From positions 63,491-127,490 of the forward strand of contig CAMDKS010000001.1 in assembly GCA_945900755.1 (NCBI GenBank): a stretch of DNA of 64,000 bases. The letters run 5' to 3'. How positions within the stretch are numbered: position 1 is the first letter of the stretch; each line of letters starts with the position of its first letter. A program made the translations under genes and the position numbers. The notes under the pieces are model-generated. The model was not told the origin of the DNA. It ran no database searches and was given only the letters and a program-made list of their open reading frames with translations. Of this stretch, positions 1-9,950 are shown one piece after another. The DNA is from Bdellovibrio sp. ZAP7. GTDB taxonomy: Bacteria > Bdellovibrionota_B > Oligoflexia > Oligoflexales > RGVZ01.

Positions 1-1
1 C

Positions 2-1000
2 CCAGCCACCAAAACAGGCGTAGCCAATGAGGCAGGCGAGGACCCAGTCCCGAGACCTAGTCGCTCGCCCGGCGGTGGATCGAACAATACGATGAAGAAA
101 TTTGCACAGCCATCAAACGCACAAGGACTCTATGGCGTTTTCGATGTTCGTCACACGACCAATGATTATTTTGATGAAAGCGGGGGGCGCCTGAGACGCG
201 ATCCGGCGCTCCACGGCAAGCTGCGCATGGGCGGCAAATATTATGGTGACGTATTGGACGTTAGCGTAGGTGTTGGAGGTTCCAAGTTGCCGAGGTCCCA
301 ACGAGTCTACCAAAACCGCCCCGACATCACCATCGACGCCTATCCGTTGAAGGGTAAGGTTGCTAAGTTGTTGGTCTATATGAATGCACTATTTCCAGTG
401 CGTTCGGGGGATCTTGATCCTACAGAATTTGCTGATGGCGATCGCTACGACCGCGACTATCGCAGAGCGATAGATGCCACCGTTATGTCATTTGGAGTCG
501 CTCCCAATATCAAACTGGAAAGCTTTCACTCGATGGGCCGACTCCAGTGGACAGCCGGAGCAGATGCTTGGACTAGGCTCTATTCTAAACCCCTTTATAT
601 CGAAGAGTCTGACGGTAGTCGCGACCTTGGTTTGATTGCAGAGAAAGAACCGGCCATTGGTGAGAGGTTTGAGGATAGTGCTATGCGGTATGTTCATCAA
701 GAGACACTTGCCATCGGCTACACACCAACGATTTTGCCAAATCTGCAAATGGAAGTGGCAGGTTATGCCGAGCATCGTTATATTCCGAGATACCACAGAA
801 ATGAACTGTCGGATGCATGGGAATACACCTACGAGCCCGAGAGAATATCGTTTGCGAGATACAAAGTAGCCCTCGACATGACGCCGTCGGTCAGTCTCAG
901 CAATGAGTTATATTTTTTCCGTAATGGATTTTTTGCCGGAAATCGCATAAATGATCAGAGGCGATATCGCAATATCGTCAGACTGTCCTTTAAGCTATAG
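2..1000 (+). CDS. Hypothetical, probably outer-membrane beta-barrel protein (5' end outside window)
   Basis: Frame is open from position 2 through the ATG at 92, so the start lies upstream; amphipathic strand-like pattern, C-terminus VRLSFKL. Confidence 0.6.
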   Translation, partial: PATKTGVANEAGEDPVPRPSRSPGGGSNNTMKKFAQPSNAQGLYGVFDVRHTTNDYFDESGGRLRRDPALHGKLRMGGKYYGDVLDVSVGVGGSKLPRSQRVYQNRPDITIDAYPLKGKVAKLLVYMNALFPVRSGDLDPTEFADGDRYDRDYRRAIDATVMSFGVAPNIKLESFHSMGRLQWTAGADAWTRLYSKPLYIEESDGSRDLGLIAEKEPAIGERFEDSAMRYVHQETLAIGYTPTILPNLQMEVAGYAEHRYIPRYHRNELSDAWEYTYEPERISFARYKVALDMTPSVSLSNELYFFRNGFFAGNRINDQRRYRNIVRLSFKL

Positions 1001-1014
1001 AACGGAATTCCACC

Positions 1015-1602
1015 ATGGGTTCAAATTCATTTATTGAGATCGAGCATAAGTTTGTTGTTGACGCTCATTTCAATCGTGACGCGTTTCTCAAAAATGTAGC
1101 AAGCCTCACACCCAGTCGGCAGGCAGAGGCCAAAGTTAGGGATACCTATTTTGTACTGACACATGATAATAAGCATGTTTACAGGCATCGATTTGACAAT
1201 GAAATTCAGCAGTTAACAGTGAAGTCGATCGAAGACGACAATGCCGTGCGCACGGAAATAAATATCCCTATCGACCAGTCAAAAGGTGATCAAACGTCGG
1301 CTATCCTCGAATTTATGAATGCCTTGGGATGCCGCTGGTCTGGGAGTTTAGCCAAAGAAATTAATGTCGCCTATTTTCACGACTGTGAAATTGTATTCTA
1401 CCGAGCGGTCAATCAGGGGCGCGAGGTTTGTTGCATCGAATTCGAGGCCGTCAATCCAAAGTCTGTGGAAGAGGGTCTTAGGGTGCTTGAGATCTATGAG
1501 AAGGCCCTTGGATTTATGGCAGAAGATCGTGAAAGTAAAAGCCTTTTTGAACTATTGCTATTGGACAAGGCTCCAAATAGTGTAAAAGCGATGTTCATTT
1601 AG
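1015..1602 (+). CDS. CYTH-domain (triphosphate tunnel) protein
   Basis: N-terminal EIEHKF (ExExKF), DTYF, R..LTVK, late IEFE motif. Confidence 0.8.
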   Translation: MGSNSFIEIEHKFVVDAHFNRDAFLKNVASLTPSRQAEAKVRDTYFVLTHDNKHVYRHRFDNEIQQLTVKSIEDDNAVRTEINIPIDQSKGDQTSAILEFMNALGCRWSGSLAKEINVAYFHDCEIVFYRAVNQGREVCCIEFEAVNPKSVEEGLRVLEIYEKALGFMAEDRESKSLFELLLLDKAPNSVKAMFI

Positions 1603-1662
1603 ATTTAGTATGAAACAAGCAGTAAAAATCGAACTCAAATTTCTTTCAGAAAGGAACAAATC

Positions 1663-2094
1663 ATGGGACTAAAGGACAAAATCCAAGACGACATCAAAAC
1701 CGCCATGAAGGCCAGAGACGCCATCCGATTGAGTGTCCTAAGAATGGTATTGGCAGATATCAAATATCAGCAAGCGCAAGTGAACTTGCGCGAGGAGTTG
1801 GCTGATGATGTCGTGCTCAAAATAGTTGGTGCTTATCAAAAAAAGCTGACAAAAAGCTTGGATGATTACCCTGCTGGCGATGCGAGAACGGCCCTCCTAG
1901 GCGAAATAAAAATCGTAGAAGAGTACCTTCCACAAAAGGCCACAGAGGCTCAAACTAAATCTGCCGTCGAAAAAGTTTTAGCAGCGACAGAAGACCGAAA
2001 TTTCGGAGCCATCATGAAATTAGTTATGGCGGAACTTGGTGGTAACGGCGAGGGACGTTTGGTCAGCCAAATAATTAAGGAAAAACTAGCATAG
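1663..2094 (+). CDS. GatB/YqeY domain protein
   Basis: LKDKIQDDIKTAMKARD..RLSVLRM, EYLP, FGAIMK pattern; RBS AAGGAA. Confidence 0.9.
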   Translation: MGLKDKIQDDIKTAMKARDAIRLSVLRMVLADIKYQQAQVNLREELADDVVLKIVGAYQKKLTKSLDDYPAGDARTALLGEIKIVEEYLPQKATEAQTKSAVEKVLAATEDRNFGAIMKLVMAELGGNGEGRLVSQIIKEKLA

Positions 2095-2446
2095 GTTTTG
2101 AAGGGTTGAGCAAGGCGCCCAATTTGCCATTTGGCTCGTTTCTATCAACCGCAAACAAGGGGTTAACCGCAAAAACAATTTGCCCCAATGCCAAGAGTAG
2201 TAAGTTTCTTGAGTGATATCAGGCCGCAAGCACAGTGAGGAGCTGTCCTTGCGGCTGTTTTGTTGCGAAACTACCGCTCTGACTGCATTTGAGAGTATAA
2301 TTTCTATAGGGGCATCGGAGAGATGGAGCAATAAATTCAAAATAAAAATTAATGTTTTTCAGAGTGTAGCCGATACCTAGAACATAGAAGTCGCGACGTA
2401 TGAATGTCACTACAAGAAAAGTGAATTTCAAATTCGGTGGAGCAGA

Positions 2447-4897
2447 ATGTTTAGCATCATGAGACACAACAAAATAAATTCAAAGAGCGCAAAAATTTTG
2501 CGATCAAATTTTGCTGTATCTGCATGTGCCGCAAGTCTTTTTCTATTTGGCGCAAATGCTTTGGCGGAAACAGCGGATTGGCTGGCCTCGGATTTAACAA
2601 CAACCCTAAGTGAGGCAAATCTCAAGGCCCCTGGAGGGACCGCCTACTTTAATGACGATCTAATTCAGGCGACGACGGTGACACAAAATATTAGAATTCT
2701 AAAAAAAGAAGCGACCACCGATACCCTGACACACCTCGTCGATACGATGATCGCGAATGACGAGATTGGTGCAGAAGATTGGTTAGCGAAGATGCCGCGG
2801 ACCAAGCCCGTCATTCCTAAATCAGAGCTCGATATTGTTGTCGAAAAATATGAGTGCAGATTGGACGTGGCCGCGTCTCGAGTTTCTTGTGATGCGACCG
2901 CTGCCATTTCAATTGCAACAGGCACCTCATCCCAAGCGCCAAAGACAGAGATTTACGGGCAAGCACTGGTGGCCCAAATTGCCCTCGAGGCTGGACGTTT
3001 AGATCATGTAAGCCCACCAATAAAAGTAGCCGCTCAAGCAACTGTTGAGATGACGGGTCAAGCACTCGTACAGAATTCGCAGCCTACAAGTATCACATTA
3101 GTGCCACGTCGTGATGGCCTCATTACCGTTGCAGGCAAACACATTAGCTTCACGGCGGAGAATCAGTCGATTAAAGTTCTTCTGGACGATAAACTTGCCG
3201 GTGTAGAGGTGAGTCTATTTGTGCGTGATCCATCCATCGTCTATTGGAATGAAAAGTCCGGGCAACTTACAGGCAAGAAGACGGGCAAGACGGAAGTTTT
3301 CGTCGTCTCCCCACGTCGTATCTCTATTATCGAGGCGAGTGTCGAAACCGAAAATCAGCCATTGGCCATAGCGCCCATCCATTCGAATGTGGAGGCTGTG
3401 GCCGCAGCTCTCACGTCGACAACGGGCCCTCAAGCGCATGGCATTGAACTTCCGAAAACATTGGCCAGTCTAAATGGATTTGATGCTGCGGTGTCAAAAG
3501 GTCTAATGGCAGCGAGTAACAATTCAATATTGAAAGAGCCCACGAATTTAGGTGTTGCCGACGAAATTTCAAAGCTAGGCCCACAGGGGCTCAATCAAGG
3601 GTCGCAATTCATTCGTGCGAAGGCGAGAGCAAATTTCCAAAGTGTACGTATTAAAATTATCGACGACCGCTCTATTGCGGGCAAAGAAAACTATCCAGTG
3701 GGTGGTGTTCGGGTAAAGGTTGCGGGGACAGAATTTTCACAATTGACGAACGGTCAGGGCGAAGTTGAAATTCGCGATGTACCAGCTGGTGCTCGTCTAT
3801 TATTAGACATCTCTGATGAGCGTGGATACATCATGCCGCAGTTGACGGAGATTGTAGCGGACAGAAACAATATTTCACGAGCCGCCACACAGTTAATAAC
3901 CGTACTTAGGTTTGCGGCCTTAGATATTACGGCACGTGCTGTAGGGGTCGTTCAGGATATGGGGAAATCTAGTTTTTGCGGTTCGATCATGGATCACCGT
4001 CTTGTGAAGGCGGGTATTTCGATATCACTGGATACGGCAGCAACAGGTCCAGTATACTTTAATAGACTGGGTCTTCCAGATTTAACTCTCGGCAGCACAG
4101 GTCCGGGTGGGCGCTTTTGTTTCTTCAACGTGGAGCCAGGACCCGTGGCGGTTGCGCTCCATACCAAGAATAATTTTCCCCCGATTTCAGGTGTTGTTGG
4201 CACGGTCTCCGGTCGCCATACCGAAGAATCTTTCGACCTAGCAGAGGCTAGTTTTGTCTCGACAACACTAACAACCATTGCCACTGCCAATGAGCAACTA
4301 GGTTCCGACGACCTGCGTTCATCTCGACACGATATTGTCGAATTAGCCGACATCTATGCGGTGGGCAGTGGTGAAATGATGGTGCCAGTCGACGAAGGAG
4401 TCATGACGACAGCAACGGCCGTACTTCCGGTTAAGGGTCGAGTCTGGACGGTAAGTGCGTCACCAGATTTTGAGACAAGTGTTCAAGCGGTTTCCGTTAG
4501 AGCACCTGCAGCCAGTCAAATTTCGACCTTAGTCCCAAATGGTTTTGTGAGTGATATGTCTAGCCTTTCGCAAACAGCACATAATTCAGACGAGGGTAGT
4601 GTCATTATTGAGCACGGGACCCTGGCTGGCCAAGGCACGGACCCAGTAAAAATTCGTTTAGTCGATGCCTTCGGTCGTGACGTGGGAGATGGTTGGTATT
4701 TCGCAGATCAACCTGTAACTAAAGCTATTTTCTTCAACGTGCCCGCAGGAATTTATGCCATCGTCATTGAAACATCCACCGGCCACTGGCTAGCCGCCGA
4801 TACGGTAGTCGTCTATAGTGAATCGGTGAGTGTCGCCAAGACTGGCGGGCAGCTTGAAAAAATAATGCCGCCTACCCAGCACGCTATGAATGATTAA
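2447..4897 (+). CDS. Large secreted hypothetical protein with several beta-sandwich (carboxypeptidase-regulatory/Ig-like) modules
   Basis: Signal peptide ending ANALA; repeated TNGQGEVEIRDVPAG / FCFFNVEPG / IFFNVPAG motifs. Confidence 0.6.
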   Translation: MFSIMRHNKINSKSAKILRSNFAVSACAASLFLFGANALAETADWLASDLTTTLSEANLKAPGGTAYFNDDLIQATTVTQNIRILKKEATTDTLTHLVDTMIANDEIGAEDWLAKMPRTKPVIPKSELDIVVEKYECRLDVAASRVSCDATAAISIATGTSSQAPKTEIYGQALVAQIALEAGRLDHVSPPIKVAAQATVEMTGQALVQNSQPTSITLVPRRDGLITVAGKHISFTAENQSIKVLLDDKLAGVEVSLFVRDPSIVYWNEKSGQLTGKKTGKTEVFVVSPRRISIIEASVETENQPLAIAPIHSNVEAVAAALTSTTGPQAHGIELPKTLASLNGFDAAVSKGLMAASNNSILKEPTNLGVADEISKLGPQGLNQGSQFIRAKARANFQSVRIKIIDDRSIAGKENYPVGGVRVKVAGTEFSQLTNGQGEVEIRDVPAGARLLLDISDERGYIMPQLTEIVADRNNISRAATQLITVLRFAALDITARAVGVVQDMGKSSFCGSIMDHRLVKAGISISLDTAATGPVYFNRLGLPDLTLGSTGPGGRFCFFNVEPGPVAVALHTKNNFPPISGVVGTVSGRHTEESFDLAEASFVSTTLTTIATANEQLGSDDLRSSRHDIVELADIYAVGSGEMMVPVDEGVMTTATAVLPVKGRVWTVSASPDFETSVQAVSVRAPAASQISTLVPNGFVSDMSSLSQTAHNSDEGSVIIEHGTLAGQGTDPVKIRLVDAFGRDVGDGWYFADQPVTKAIFFNVPAGIYAIVIETSTGHWLAADTVVVYSESVSVAKTGGQLEKIMPPTQHAMND

Positions 4898-4941
4898 ATT
4901 AGAAAATTAGTTCGCACGGCCACTTTTTCACAAGCCTTGAA

Positions 4942-5796
4942 TTAAGACAAAATGTAGTCGCGCAACTCTACGGCGGTACCCGATTTTAGGGTCGTAGTCA
5001 TTTCAAGCACTAAATTTAATGCCCCTTTTGCAAATAAGGACCTATTTAGTGCGCGGTGAGACAACTCAATTTGTTCGGAATCACTGATAAATCTAATTTC
5101 GTGATCGCCGATAACACCGCCGCCACGTATGGAATGAATTCCTATTGACCCAGGAACGCGGCGTCCTGTGCCATTAAAAATAATTTTGCTTTTAGGCAGT
5201 GCTTTTTGAATCATTTCTGCAAAAAAGACGGCAGTGCCGCTCGGCGCATCGGCCTTTAGGCGATGATGAGTTTCAGTAATTTCAATGTCAAAACCAATGG
5301 GTCCCAGAACTTTTGCGGCCGTGACGGCAAGTTTCGCAAGGGTCGCTACGCCGAGACTCGTATTTCCGGCCATAAGAATCTTATGGCGGCAGGTTTTTGC
5401 AAGGCTCTTTATTTCAGACTTTAGTTTCTCGGGCAGTCCTGTGGTGCCGATTAAATAAATTTTATTTTTGGCTGCCCCAAGACACTTGATCAAAGTGGAC
5501 GTGCCTTGAGGGGAACTAAAATCAATGACGATGTCGGCTCCTTGTAAGACGGCAGTCAATGCTTTGGTCGTATTCTTTAAGACGGCAAAATGATCGGCAT
5601 CATAAACCGTAATTTCAGTCAACGTAACGGATGCCCCAAGTCTAAGAGTGGGGTGGTCTTTAAGCAGGTCTACCAATTCCAGTCCCATGCGGCCGCTGGC
5701 GCCGAATACAAGCACGTCTTGCTTTTGGGCCAAAGAAGTTTTTTTGCGCGTTGTCACATCTTTTTGCGCAGTCCGTTTTTTTGATGATGGTGCCAT
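4942..5796 (-). CDS. dapB: 4-hydroxy-tetrahydrodipicolinate reductase
   Basis: GASGRMG, IDFS, IGTTG, ETHHRLKADAPSGTA, RGGGVIGDH. Confidence 0.95.
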   Translation of the reverse strand: MAPSSKKRTAQKDVTTRKKTSLAQKQDVLVFGASGRMGLELVDLLKDHPTLRLGASVTLTEITVYDADHFAVLKNTTKALTAVLQGADIVIDFSSPQGTSTLIKCLGAAKNKIYLIGTTGLPEKLKSEIKSLAKTCRHKILMAGNTSLGVATLAKLAVTAAKVLGPIGFDIEITETHHRLKADAPSGTAVFFAEMIQKALPKSKIIFNGTGRRVPGSIGIHSIRGGGVIGDHEIRFISDSEQIELSHRALNRSLFAKGALNLVLEMTTTLKSGTAVELRDYILS

Positions 5797-5799
5797 GAA

Positions 5800-6708
5800 C
5801 TACTCGCTTCGAGCTAGAAGGCTCGCCAACTGTGATTTTGCTAAAAACAAAGTAGATTTAATAAGGGCATAATTTTCCGACGTCACTGGCGCAAGGGGAG
5901 CCCTTAGAATATTTTTACTTAGTCCTAATATTTCAAAGGCCGCTTTAAGTGGGCCAGGATTACCCTCGCAAAACATGATGTCAATCGCAGGCAACAATAT
6001 TTTGTGGATGGCCAGGGCCCGCTCATTTTTCTTTGCATGAAAGGCACGAGTCATCTCAACCATAGCCTCGGGAAAAATATTCGAAATGACACTAATGACA
6101 CCTCGTCCACCAACCGCTAAGCTCGCCAAATAAGTGGGGTCATCCCCAGTTAAAATGTTTGCCGTGGACGCATTCACAAGGCGGCCATATAAGCCTAAAT
6201 CACCACTAGCTTCTTTGACGGCGACGACATTTGGAATCGTGGTTAGATCGGCAAGGGCCGATACAGTTAGGCCTTGACCAGTGCGCCCAGGAACGTGATA
6301 AAGGCAAAGCGGTACCGCCACGCTTTCAGAAATCATTTGGTAGTGCAATCTGAGGCCAGCCATACTTGGCTTATTATAGGGTGGCGTCACGATTAAAAGA
6401 CTATCGGCCCCGGCATCGACACAAAGTTTTGAGAGCTCGATGCTTTGAGCGGTGTTGTTTCCGCCGCTACCCGCCATCACTCGCACGCCAGGTGGCAATA
6501 CGGCACGAGCCTTGCGGACCATCGAAATTTTTTCTTGGACGGTTAACGTCGGAGATTCGCCTGTGGTGCCGCTTATGACAATTCCAGTTATTTTTGCGGC
6601 GGCCTGTTGGGCCAGATGACTTTCAAACGCGCTCCAGTCGACGGATCCATTGTCCGAAAACGGCGTACCAATAGCTGTCCAAACGCCCTCGATGCTAACA
6701 GAGCTCAT
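5800..6708 (-). CDS. dapA: 4-hydroxy-tetrahydrodipicolinate synthase
   Basis: GTTGES, TPPYNKP, YHVPGRTG, KEASG, NPGPLK. Confidence 0.95.
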   Translation of the reverse strand: MSSVSIEGVWTAIGTPFSDNGSVDWSAFESHLAQQAAAKITGIVISGTTGESPTLTVQEKISMVRKARAVLPPGVRVMAGSGGNNTAQSIELSKLCVDAGADSLLIVTPPYNKPSMAGLRLHYQMISESVAVPLCLYHVPGRTGQGLTVSALADLTTIPNVVAVKEASGDLGLYGRLVNASTANILTGDDPTYLASLAVGGRGVISVISNIFPEAMVEMTRAFHAKKNERALAIHKILLPAIDIMFCEGNPGPLKAAFEILGLSKNILRAPLAPVTSENYALIKSTLFLAKSQLASLLARSE

Positions 6709-8216
6709 GGGGCCACCTTTTTTTTAATGACGGAATTTTTGGCTGGTTTGGCTTTTGCCTCCGGCACAGTCTTTCCGGCTGGTGCGGAATTAACATCGGG
6801 CGTCCTTTTAATCGTGGCAGCCGGTTGAATTTCAACGGGGAGAGATTTTGGTGTGTGATACGCAATGGTAGGACGAGGATCAGGGAGCTCGGAGACAATG
6901 GCGGTTTTAACACCACAAGAATTTAATATTAGGCCGAAAATGAGTGTCGTCATCGAAGATGAAAATGGCACGGTGACATTTAAAGCCTTGCGAATTTTTT
7001 TGGCCGCATCAATGAATCGAGCTTTTTCACCAGAGCCACCCGGCGTCGAGGTCATGCTATCGGAGGTGAGGGTGGCAGCAAAAGCAAGAGTATCCTCAAG
7101 GAGCTCGGGATTAATTTTCTTCAGCTCAGCAGGAATTAAAGTACTGGGTGTCGCCCGATGGACTTTGCAATAGGTCAATAAATCATGGGCGGCTGTGGTC
7201 GCCACACGAGGTGACGTGCCGCGACGTATGAGACTACAGACCACCGCTCGCTCGACGTCGGATGTTAGGAACTCTAACTCAGTCAGTTTGTCTTTAGGAA
7301 TAAGCGTCTCTGAAAATAATTTGGCGGCGAGGCCCATGCGTTGATTTAGCTCAAAAATTTCATGAAGAAATCCAAGACGCCTTGTTTCCCAAACATTTAG
7401 ATTGGCACTGACCTCAAATCGCACGCCGGTCAGCCGCTGACATTCGGCCATGAGGATTTCACATTCAATTTCTAGTTCCCTGGAGTTGGCAATGTTGGCC
7501 GTGTTTTCTCGTAATCCCACGACAATTTGAAGAATACTGGCAGCCATTTCTTCAAAGGCAGCAATAATTTTTCGGACCACTCGCTGCTCCGTGCGGCAGT
7601 AACTTAACGTTTCGGTTTCTAAACCACTAAATCCTACATGAATGGCTATTCGGCATTCGACGCTATGCTGCTGCCCAGTCGTATCTAAGATGTCTGCAGG
7701 ACGCATGAGTGAAAGTTCGTGAATCGACTCACGCAATTCTTTTGCGGTATCGTGAAGAGTTTTGGCCGCGTGAAAAAGTACAGATGGAAATAATTCTCGT
7801 CGACTTTCACCAAAAGCAGATACGGCGATAAACGGACGGTTCATAAAGAGTTCAGCTTTTTTAAGGGCTAGGTCGGCCCATAACGCTAAGTGGGCACAAC
7901 TTTCAGAAATTAAGCTGCGTGTGGATATTCGCATGTGGTTCCACGCAAGGCCTGCGATCCCGTAACGGGCCGCTAAAACGTCAATAAATTCATCGTTACT
8001 ATCAGCTAGTAACGGAAGAATAGACCTGTGTGTCGAGGCGAGTTGAGGGGTAATGGTAGCTAAGGATGCCTTGAAATTTTCCACGCAGCGATCAGAAATC
8101 AACCCTTCACTGGCCATAGCAGACGCATAAGAGGTCAAAAATTGAATCGTGCCTGCATTATCGAGTTTTAAAAACGATTGCCAGTCTTGCATGGTGACTA
8201 ATCTTTCTGCCGACAA
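6705..8216 (-). CDS. Divergent argininosuccinate-lyase-fold protein lacking catalytic motifs, with C-terminal lipobox-like tail
   Basis: ArgH-like segments (AMASEGLIS, IAIHVGF, LIRRGTSPRVA, ELKKINPELLED, TPGGSG) but no SRND, TH or SSxMPQKxNP; tail LILNSCGVK; alternative start ATG at 8192. Confidence 0.65.
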   Translation of the reverse strand: MSAERLVTMQDWQSFLKLDNAGTIQFLTSYASAMASEGLISDRCVENFKASLATITPQLASTHRSILPLLADSNDEFIDVLAARYGIAGLAWNHMRISTRSLISESCAHLALWADLALKKAELFMNRPFIAVSAFGESRRELFPSVLFHAAKTLHDTAKELRESIHELSLMRPADILDTTGQQHSVECRIAIHVGFSGLETETLSYCRTEQRVVRKIIAAFEEMAASILQIVVGLRENTANIANSRELEIECEILMAECQRLTGVRFEVSANLNVWETRRLGFLHEIFELNQRMGLAAKLFSETLIPKDKLTELEFLTSDVERAVVCSLIRRGTSPRVATTAAHDLLTYCKVHRATPSTLIPAELKKINPELLEDTLAFAATLTSDSMTSTPGGSGEKARFIDAAKKIRKALNVTVPFSSSMTTLIFGLILNSCGVKTAIVSELPDPRPTIAYHTPKSLPVEIQPAATIKRTPDVNSAPAGKTVPEAKAKPAKNSVIKKKVAP

Positions 8217-8255
8217 ATGCGACGTTAGGGTTTAGCCGTGGGCTATGGATGTGCC

Positions 8256-9914
8256 CTAAAATTTTATCGCAAAATTGGCCATAAGTCCAAAGCCCATTGT
8301 GGGAGACCTAATACTGGAAGCTTTCCAAGCTTTTCCAGGGAGAGCGCCGGCAAGTCCTAAACCTAAATCGACTTCGCGTTGATAGTGATAGGCATAGGTG
8401 GCATCTAATTCGTAACCAAGATCGGTGCCGTAAAAGCCCATTGGGCGTTCTGTGCTGCCGTTGGCGTTGTAATAACCGACCACATCCTGAGGTGCACCTT
8501 CGAGGAGGCGACCTGTAACCATCTTAACTTCAAAATCTCCAGTTTCCATGTTCTCGTAACGGTAACCTAAACTGAATAACGAGGTGTTCATGACGCGTTC
8601 TGCATCAAAGACTCCTGCTACCCCGTATTTGCGTGACGTGGTGCGGCCGTTAAAAAACAAGAGAGCGGGATGATAATTGCGGTTAAAGCCCATGGCTTTT
8701 GCTCGGTTATTTCGTCTGGTTTCGCCCACTAGAGTATTATTGGCCTCAGTTTCTCCCGAGCGGTTGATGTAGTATCCATCGGCATCACCGGGTGCAAAAG
8801 AATAATCACTGAAAACTAGATGGCGGTGGAGGTTGCCTTCGTTGAATTCTTCAGGCCCAAGAGCGGCTCCTGATTTGGTCACAGTATATTCTAGATTTCC
8901 AGCGAGGCCGATGGAGTTGATATTATTGGTGGCAATGGTTCCGTCACTATCAAGACGTTGTCCACCCATAACCAAAACAGCGGGGTCAGCCGTTTTTCCG
9001 CTGCGGAAGATAAGCTCATTTTTAAGCGAGAATTTTCCCCAGAAAAAACTGGTGTAGAAGTCGAAAAATTTTACGTCAGTCTTCAAATCCGACGAGAGAA
9101 TATTGGCAAAATACAGTTCAATTTGTTTTCTAAAGGCTCCAGGAGCCTTTGCCTTAACGTCATCAAACGTGATGCCAAAAAATATTTGATCGGCATCGTC
9201 AGAGGCATCATTGGCACCAAAGTTATTGCCTTTAGACGCGAATGCGGCTTCGGCTCCTGCATCGCTAGATGGATTATCGTATGGGTTATCAACCCAGGTG
9301 CCAGTTTCCTGAAGCTTGTCAGCGCCGAAAGAAAATCCAAGGTCTTGTTGTTTTTGAATATTCACGTCACAAGTCACGCCGTCAAATGTAGACGCTGAAT
9401 TCGAAAAAGGCTTTTTCCCGGCACTCATAAAAGCGCCTAATCCGACCTCTCGGCTCCTGCGTCCTGCGGATAAAATACAGTAGTTGAAGGCGTATTTTCC
9501 GTAGGCTTCACGAATCACTGGGCTGATATTTTTGTAGCCAGATTCGGTTACACTTTGGCTGCGGCCATCACAAGATGTATCAGTGCCACCGCTTGTTGTT
9601 CGTCGGGATGCACATACGTTTGGTTTTGCGGTATCTCCAAGGTAAGCCGCACTAGGATCGTCGGTTAAGCCTAATCGAAGATTAAAACTGGCCCGATCAT
9701 TTGCTTTGACCTCACCATTTAAATCGAATGAAATCCGGGTGGCTTGGTAGGTGCCGTTGTCTCTTTGAAACTCAGGATTTACTCGTGTCTCGCCAAGCAA
9801 GCCATAGTGCCCAGTGCCATCTAAGAAAAACGCATGGGCTTGGTCTGAAGGTAACAAAAGAAATGCGGCGGTAAGGATCGCCAAGCTTGAAATTTTTTGA
9901 ACTAATCTGGTCAT
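8256..9914 (-). CDS. Outer-membrane beta-barrel / porin-like protein
   Basis: Signal peptide ending AHA; DLGYELDATYAY strand motif; terminal Phe (FAIKF). Confidence 0.75.
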   Translation of the reverse strand: MTRLVQKISSLAILTAAFLLLPSDQAHAFFLDGTGHYGLLGETRVNPEFQRDNGTYQATRISFDLNGEVKANDRASFNLRLGLTDDPSAAYLGDTAKPNVCASRRTTSGGTDTSCDGRSQSVTESGYKNISPVIREAYGKYAFNYCILSAGRRSREVGLGAFMSAGKKPFSNSASTFDGVTCDVNIQKQQDLGFSFGADKLQETGTWVDNPYDNPSSDAGAEAAFASKGNNFGANDASDDADQIFFGITFDDVKAKAPGAFRKQIELYFANILSSDLKTDVKFFDFYTSFFWGKFSLKNELIFRSGKTADPAVLVMGGQRLDSDGTIATNNINSIGLAGNLEYTVTKSGAALGPEEFNEGNLHRHLVFSDYSFAPGDADGYYINRSGETEANNTLVGETRRNNRAKAMGFNRNYHPALLFFNGRTTSRKYGVAGVFDAERVMNTSLFSLGYRYENMETGDFEVKMVTGRLLEGAPQDVVGYYNANGSTERPMGFYGTDLGYELDATYAYHYQREVDLGLGLAGALPGKAWKASSIRSPTMGFGLMANFAIKF

Positions 9915-9950
9915 AAATACATGCCCCCAAGTAAAGGTTTCGAAGGCATA

